Notes under the pieces: model-generated
Database searches by the model: none
Told to the model about the DNA's origin: nothing
Seen by the model: only the letters and a program-made list of their open reading frames with translations
In this document: piece by piece, positions 58,996-64,000 of the stretch
How positions within the stretch are numbered: position 1 is the first letter of the stretch
Layout of the letters: every line of letters starts with the position of its first letter
From: an uncultured Acidobacteriota bacterium
Lineage (GTDB): Bacteria; Acidobacteriota; Thermoanaerobaculia; Multivoradales; SZUA-115
DNA length: 64,000 bases
Direction: 5' to 3'
NCBI GenBank assembly: GCA_963805975.1
Contig: CAWDVR010000004.1
Span: 416,001-480,000 of the forward strand
Program-made: the position numbers and the translations under genes

Positions 58996-61902
58996 TCAAG
59001 GGGGTATCCCTGCCGCGTGTTTTCCGGCGCGCTCGCGCTCTGCCGCGAGCTCTCGAAGACGGGCCAGGGCGAGCCGGGTCTCGGGATGATCGGGCCTACG
59101 GAGGCTCCCGAGCGTGCGGGAGCTGGCCGCGAGCAGGGCCTCGGCCTCCGCGAAGCGGCCGAGGGCGGTGTAGCAGGCGCCGAGCGCGCTCTCGACCTTC
59201 GCCACCTCGAGGGGCACCGGCGGCGACCCTCCCCGGCGCAGCTTCAGGGCCTCGTCGAGGAGCGGCTCCGCCTCGCCGGCGCGGCCCCGCTCGGTCAGCA
59301 CGCTGCCCAGCCCGAGGAGCGAGGTGGCGAGATCGGGGTGCGCCGCAGGCAGCACCTTACGCCGCAGGGCCAGGGCCCGCCGGTAGCTCTCCTCCGCCTC
59401 TCCCAGGCGGCCCGCCAGCCGCGCGATCCCGGCCAGCGTGTTGAGCGAGCCGGCCACGTCCGCGTGCTCCTCGCCCAGCGCCTCGCGCCGCAGGGCCAGC
59501 GCCCGGCCGGCCAGGCGCTCGGCCCCGCTCAGATCGCCGAGGTCGCGGTGCACCAGCGCGAGGTTGTTGAGGCCCCGCGCCACGTTGGCGGCCTGCTCGC
59601 CGGGAAGGCTCTCGTACAGCGCCACGGCACGCTCGAAGAGGGGCTCCGCCTCGACCGGGGCGCCCTTCTTCTGTAGCACGTTGGCGAGCCCGTTGAGGAC
59701 GTGGGCGAGATCCTCGCCCGGCCCTTCGCCACGGCGCTCGCGGATCGCGAGGGCCTGCCGGAAGGCGGTCTCCGCTGCACCGAGGTCGCCGCGCTTGTCC
59801 TCGACCGAGCCCAGGTTGGCGAGTGCCACCGCGATGTCGCCGTGGTCTGCCGGCAGGAGCCGGCGGCGGAGAGCGAGGGCCGCGCGGTACTGCTCGGCGG
59901 CGCGGTCGTACTGGCCGTTGCGGAAGAGGAGCGCGCCGAGCTGGCTCATCTGGCCGGCGAGGCGCGGGTCCCCACCGCCGAGCCTTCGCCGATGGATCGT
60001 CCCGGCCTGGGCGATGTGGCGCTCGGCGTCGCCCGGCAGGCCGCTCTCGATCTGCAGGGCGGCCAGGTTGAGCAGGCTCTCGGCGAGGTCGAGCTCGGCC
60101 TCGGCGCCGCCGGCCTCGCGCAACGCCGACGCCTCGAGCAGCGCCTGCTGCGCCGCCGGGAGCCGGCCCTGGTCCCAGTAGAGCAGGCCCAGGCCGTTCA
60201 GGCTGTCCGCGACCGCCAGGCTCTCGGCACCCGCGAGCCGGCGCCGGATCTCGAGCGCGCGCCGGTAGAGCGGCTCACTCTCCGCGCCCTGCCCCTGCTG
60301 GCGCAGCACGTCGGCGAGCTGCACCAGGGTCGTCGCCAGGTCGAGCTCCGCCTCGGGGCCTGGCAGGCGGGCGCGCAGCTCGAGCGCCTTCGCGAGCACG
60401 GAGTGCGCCTCCTCGTCGAGATCGAGCTGGTCGTAGACCTCGCCGATGACGTGCAGCAGGTGGCTGCGGGTCCCGGGGTCCGTGGCCAGCGCCGCGGCCG
60501 GGAGCCCGCTCCCGCCGTCCGCCGCGAGCAGGCGCCGGGCGCCGTCGTCGAGGATCTCGCGGGCGGTGACCTCGGCGCCGCGGCTCTGCGCCGGCTCGGA
60601 GGCCTTGAACAGGTAGACCAGGAAGGACGAGAGCGCCTCGGCCCGCCGCGCCTGGGCCGCCGCGCGGTCGCGCTCGAGCGCCGTCCGGTACGCCTGCCAG
60701 GCGCCGAAGGCGAGCGCGCAGGCGACGGTGAGCGCGACCGCGGCCGCCAGCTTGTGCCGCCGGAGCGCCCGGCCCAGCCGATAGGCGAGCGTCGGCCGGC
60801 GGGCCTTGACCGGCAGCCGCGCGAGATGACGCTCCACGTCCTCGGCCAGCTCGCGCACCGAGCCGTAGCGCGCCGCGGGGTCCTCGGCCAGGGCCTTGCC
60901 GACGATGGTGTCGAGGTCGCCGGTGAGCCGGCGGGCGAGGCGCTTGCGGTCGCCGGTGAACCCTTGCGATCCGAGGCTGCGCACCACCCGGCTGGGAGGC
61001 AGGAGGTCGCCGCCCAGGCCGCGCCGCGCCGCCTCGGCCGGGCTCCTGCCGGTCAAGAGCTCCTGGAGGAGCAATCCGAGGCCGTAGACGTCGGTCGCGG
61101 TGGTGACCGGCCGGCCTTGCCGTTGCTCGGGGCTCGCGTAGTCCGGCGTCATCGGCCCGGCCGGCAGGAAGGTGGCGGTGAGCGCCGGGGCCGAGGGGGC
61201 GAGCAGCTTGGCGATGCCGAAGTCGAGGAGCTTGGGCACGCCTTCCTCCGCCACCAGGACGTTCGCCGGTTTCAGGTCCCGGTGCACCACCAGGTTGCGG
61301 TGCGCGAGGGCCACCGCCGAGCAGAGGTCGAGCCACAAGCGGAGCCGCGCCTCGACGCCGAGCCGCTCCTCGGCGCAGTAGGCCACGAGCGGCCGGCCGT
61401 CGATGTGCTCGAGCACGAAATAGGGCCGGCCGTCCGCGGTCGAGCCGCCGTCGAGCAGGCGGGCGATGTTGGGGTGCTGGAGCTGCGCCAGGATCTGCCG
61501 CTCGGCCACGAAGCGACGGAGGATCTCGTCGCTGTCCATGCCGCGCTTGACGAGCTTGATCGCCACCTGCTGGGTGTAGGAGCCGTCGTCGCGGACCGCG
61601 AGATAGACCGCCCCCATGCCGCCGCGGCCGATCTCCCCCAGCACCCGGTAGGGGCCGATCCGGGTCGGGGCGGGTACTACGAGGTCGGGCCGGTCGGCCG
61701 GGTCCCGCTCCTCCGCCAGGCCCGGCCGCAGCGCGAGGAGGTCGAGGCTCTGATCGTGGGCGGCCAGCATGGCCGCGAGCCGCCCGCCGAGCGGTGGGTC
61801 CTCGGCCGCGGCCTCCGCCACCAGCGCCTGCCGCTCCTGCGGCGGGGCTTCGGCCGCCGCCTGGAAGAGCTGGTTCAGGCGGCGGAAGCGCTCAGGGTCC
61901 AT
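58996..61902 (-). CDS. ECF-associated Ser/Thr kinase with TM and TPR repeats
   Basis: MDPERFRRLNQLF N-domain; GRGGMG, HRDLKPANV, DFG, MTPDYASPEQ; TPRs. Confidence 0.92.
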   Translation of the reverse strand: MDPERFRRLNQLFQAAAEAPPQERQALVAEAAAEDPPLGGRLAAMLAAHDQSLDLLALRPGLAEERDPADRPDLVVPAPTRIGPYRVLGEIGRGGMGAVYLAVRDDGSYTQQVAIKLVKRGMDSDEILRRFVAERQILAQLQHPNIARLLDGGSTADGRPYFVLEHIDGRPLVAYCAEERLGVEARLRLWLDLCSAVALAHRNLVVHRDLKPANVLVAEEGVPKLLDFGIAKLLAPSAPALTATFLPAGPMTPDYASPEQRQGRPVTTATDVYGLGLLLQELLTGRSPAEAARRGLGGDLLPPSRVVRSLGSQGFTGDRKRLARRLTGDLDTIVGKALAEDPAARYGSVRELAEDVERHLARLPVKARRPTLAYRLGRALRRHKLAAAVALTVACALAFGAWQAYRTALERDRAAAQARRAEALSSFLVYLFKASEPAQSRGAEVTAREILDDGARRLLAADGGSGLPAAALATDPGTRSHLLHVIGEVYDQLDLDEEAHSVLAKALELRARLPGPEAELDLATTLVQLADVLRQQGQGAESEPLYRRALEIRRRLAGAESLAVADSLNGLGLLYWDQGRLPAAQQALLEASALREAGGAEAELDLAESLLNLAALQIESGLPGDAERHIAQAGTIHRRRLGGGDPRLAGQMSQLGALLFRNGQYDRAAEQYRAALALRRRLLPADHGDIAVALANLGSVEDKRGDLGAAETAFRQALAIRERRGEGPGEDLAHVLNGLANVLQKKGAPVEAEPLFERAVALYESLPGEQAANVARGLNNLALVHRDLGDLSGAERLAGRALALRREALGEEHADVAGSLNTLAGIARLAGRLGEAEESYRRALALRRKVLPAAHPDLATSLLGLGSVLTERGRAGEAEPLLDEALKLRRGGSPPVPLEVAKVESALGACYTALGRFAEAEALLAASSRTLGSLRRPDHPETRLALARLRELAAERERAGKHAAGIPP

Positions 61903-62485
61903 GGGCCGGTGCCTCGCCCGCCATCTCGACCATCAGCCAGGCACGGGCCGCGGCCCAGTCCCGCTTCACGGTCGGTGTGGAGACCCCCAGGGCCTGGGCC
62001 GTCTCCTCGACGGAGAGGCCGGCGAAAAAGCGCAGCTCGACGATCGACGCCTGGCGGCGGTCGAGGGCCTGGAGCGAGGTCAGGGCGCGGTCGAGAGAAA
62101 GCAGGTCGACCTCGCCGGGCTCGGGATTCGCCGCACCGGCGAGGGGCACGTCCGAGAGGAGCACGTCGGAGAGGGTCACGCGCCAGTGCTCGCCGCCTCG
62201 CTTCTTCGCCCGTCGGGCGCGGAAGTGGTCCACCAGCACCCGCCGCATCATCTGGGCCGCCACCAGGAAGAAATGCGACCGGTTGCGCCACTCCACCCGC
62301 TTCTGGTCCAGCATCCTGAGATAGGCCTCGTGGACCAGCGAGGTGGGCTGGAGCGTCAAGGGGCCGCTCTCCGCGCGCATGTACTTGCCCGCCAGGCGCC
62401 GCAGCTCGTCGTAGACCTCGGCCATCAGCCGGTCTACGGATTCGCGCTCGGGGCCCTCCTGGGGCGCATCGATCTCGTGAGCCAT
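61892..62485 (-). CDS. ECF sigma factor, kinase-associated type
   Basis: VYDELRRLA..TLQPTSLVHEAYLR..NRSHFF..RAKKRGG..VELRFFAGLS..TVKRDWAAARAWL. Confidence 0.92.
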   Translation of the reverse strand: MAHEIDAPQEGPERESVDRLMAEVYDELRRLAGKYMRAESGPLTLQPTSLVHEAYLRMLDQKRVEWRNRSHFFLVAAQMMRRVLVDHFRARRAKKRGGEHWRVTLSDVLLSDVPLAGAANPEPGEVDLLSLDRALTSLQALDRRQASIVELRFFAGLSVEETAQALGVSTPTVKRDWAAARAWLMVEMAGEAPAHGP

Positions 62486-62547
62486 GGCCGGGCTCGATTT
62501 TGTCCCAACCCTCCGGTCTTGTCAGTTGCGGTGGGCCCGCGTTCCGT

Positions 62548-64000
62548 TTAGCCGGGGGCGGCGGGGTAGGGCGCGGTCACCTGGGCTTCGAGGGCCTGCT
62601 CGATGCGTGCCCGGGCCTCCTCGAGATGGGCCCGGGTATAAGCATCGAGGCCCCTCGTGCCCAGGGCGGCGCCCAGCCGGCGGTCGAGGTCGGTGAGCAC
62701 GGAACGCGCCACCGAGCGGGCGTCGGCCGGCAGCCGGGGGTCGGCGGCGAGGAGGAGATAGGTCATCCGCTCGAGCCAGGCCCGCTGGAGGTCGCGGCGC
62801 GCGGTGGAGATCGCTGGCGCCGGCGCCGCCCACACCTCCCCCCAGGTCGTCTCGGCCAAACCGGTCAGGAGCTCCGGAATGGAGAGCACTGCCTCCGGCC
62901 CGAAGGCGCGCTCGGCGTCGAGCATCTGCGCCATCCGCAGCGGATCGGTCAGCGTTTCGAGGAGCCCCTTCTGGCGCTCCAGGAGCCTCGTGAGGTAGGG
63001 CGGGTCGATGCGACCGTCGTAGGTGCCGGGGTGCCCCCAGTGGTCCCAGTGGCGGGCGCCCATCTTCTGCATCACCTCGGGCGGCACCGGGAAGGCGTCC
63101 GGGCCGAAGGCCTCCCTGGCCAGGAGATCGAGCGCGTCGCGCTGCGTTGCTCTGGGCACCGGGGCGAAGGGTGGCCGGCCGCCGGCGTCGCCCACGTGGT
63201 CCTTGTACACATAGCGCCCGCCCACCTGGCGCACAGCGGATTCAAGGGCCTTGAAGTATTCCGCGGAGAGCAGGTCGACGGCGTCGGTCAGCTCGCCGTA
63301 GCGGGCGCCGTGGGTGAGCACCACCGCCGGCAGGCGGGGGAGGAGCTGCCGCACCAGCTCCGTGCGCTGCCGGGCCCAGGCAATGGGGTCGTCGGAGAGG
63401 TCCCAGACGCTGGTCAGCGGGTCGAGGGCGCCGGGCGCGTAGAGGTCGATGTCGCCGCCGGCAACGTGGAACGGCTCGCCGTTCTCCCGCAACGAAGCCT
63501 CGGCGCGCTCGCGGTCCGGGGAGTAGAGGTAGGAGATCGCCCAGCGGTCGTAGGGGCCGGGAGAGGTGAGGAAATAGTCGCCATTGGGCTGGCCCAGGGG
63601 CGCGAGGTTGACCGGCAGGTAGTCCATCACCGAGGCGGCGAGGCCGTGCTCGGCGGTCCACTGCCGGTCGTGGAGGCGTGAGAAGGGGGTCGCCGCCGAG
63701 GCACGGAAGTTGTGGTCGAGACCGAGGTCGTGGCCCACCTCGTGGAGCACCAGCCAGCGGATGAGCTGGCCGACGTATTCGGTGAGGGCGAGCTCGCCGG
63801 CGGCCGGGTCCGCCGCGGCCGCGGTCGTCGTCCCCGCTCGCACCGCGTGGTCCAGCCGCAGCAGGGCGGCGCCGCGGGCGATGCCGTCGGCGAAGTGGTC
63901 AGCGCCGCCGCGGGGCGCCACCAGGGTCTGCCACTGCGGGTAGACCTCCTCGATGACAGCGCCGTCGATCACCACGTCTGCGTCCAGGATCTCGCCGTGG
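62548..64000 (-). CDS. Zinc-dependent metalloprotease (metzincin, EcxA-like); 5' end outside the window
   Basis: GEILDADV, HEVGHDLGLDHNF, Met-turn SVMDY, PGPYDRWAI. Confidence 0.88.
   Translation of the reverse strand, partial: HGEILDADVVIDGAVIEEVYPQWQTLVAPRGGADHFADGIARGAALLRLDHAVRAGTTTAAAADPAAGELALTEYVGQLIRWLVLHEVGHDLGLDHNFRASAATPFSRLHDRQWTAEHGLAASVMDYLPVNLAPLGQPNGDYFLTSPGPYDRWAISYLYSPDRERAEASLRENGEPFHVAGGDIDLYAPGALDPLTSVWDLSDDPIAWARQRTELVRQLLPRLPAVVLTHGARYGELTDAVDLLSAEYFKALESAVRQVGGRYVYKDHVGDAGGRPPFAPVPRATQRDALDLLAREAFGPDAFPVPPEVMQKMGARHWDHWGHPGTYDGRIDPPYLTRLLERQKGLLETLTDPLRMAQMLDAERAFGPEAVLSIPELLTGLAETTWGEVWAAPAPAISTARRDLQRAWLERMTYLLLAADPRLPADARSVARSVLTDLDRRLGAALGTRGLDAYTRAHLEEARARIEQALEAQVTAPYPAAPG

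Overview
High-GC bacterial chromosome segment. Gene content (ADOP permease with PadR, TPR-fused 'sulfatases', Oar-type TonB receptor, kinase/CHAT-ECF modules, an FADGFE-tailed secreted protein) suggests Acidobacteriota, probably Thermoanaerobaculia (inference). In order it holds: a large secreted S8 protease missing from the ORF track; a sigma-54-preceded TonB receptor followed by two hydrolase-TPR lipoproteins; a CVNH lectin; a sigma-54 activator, Ser/Thr kinase and DP-EP-like module; parE and parC about 12 kb apart, each next to toxin-antitoxin loci; a kdp operon with a split KdpD; an ECF sigma, anti-sigma, CHAT protease and small-peptide operon; an SPFH pair; two tRNA-Val genes bracketing a decayed island (serine-recombinase remnant, DsbA-like gene plus 10-Cys secreted peptide, ADOP/PadR, topoisomerase IB); secreted Cys-rich cargo behind an ECF-kinase pair; and a partial zinc metalloprotease. 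The best candidates for undescribed systems are the DsbA plus disulfide-rich peptide pair, the sigma-54/kinase/DP-EP circuit, and the ECF/CHAT/peptide operon. Two +1 frameshifts may be sequencing errors. All family assignments come from motif recognition by eye; no searches were run.
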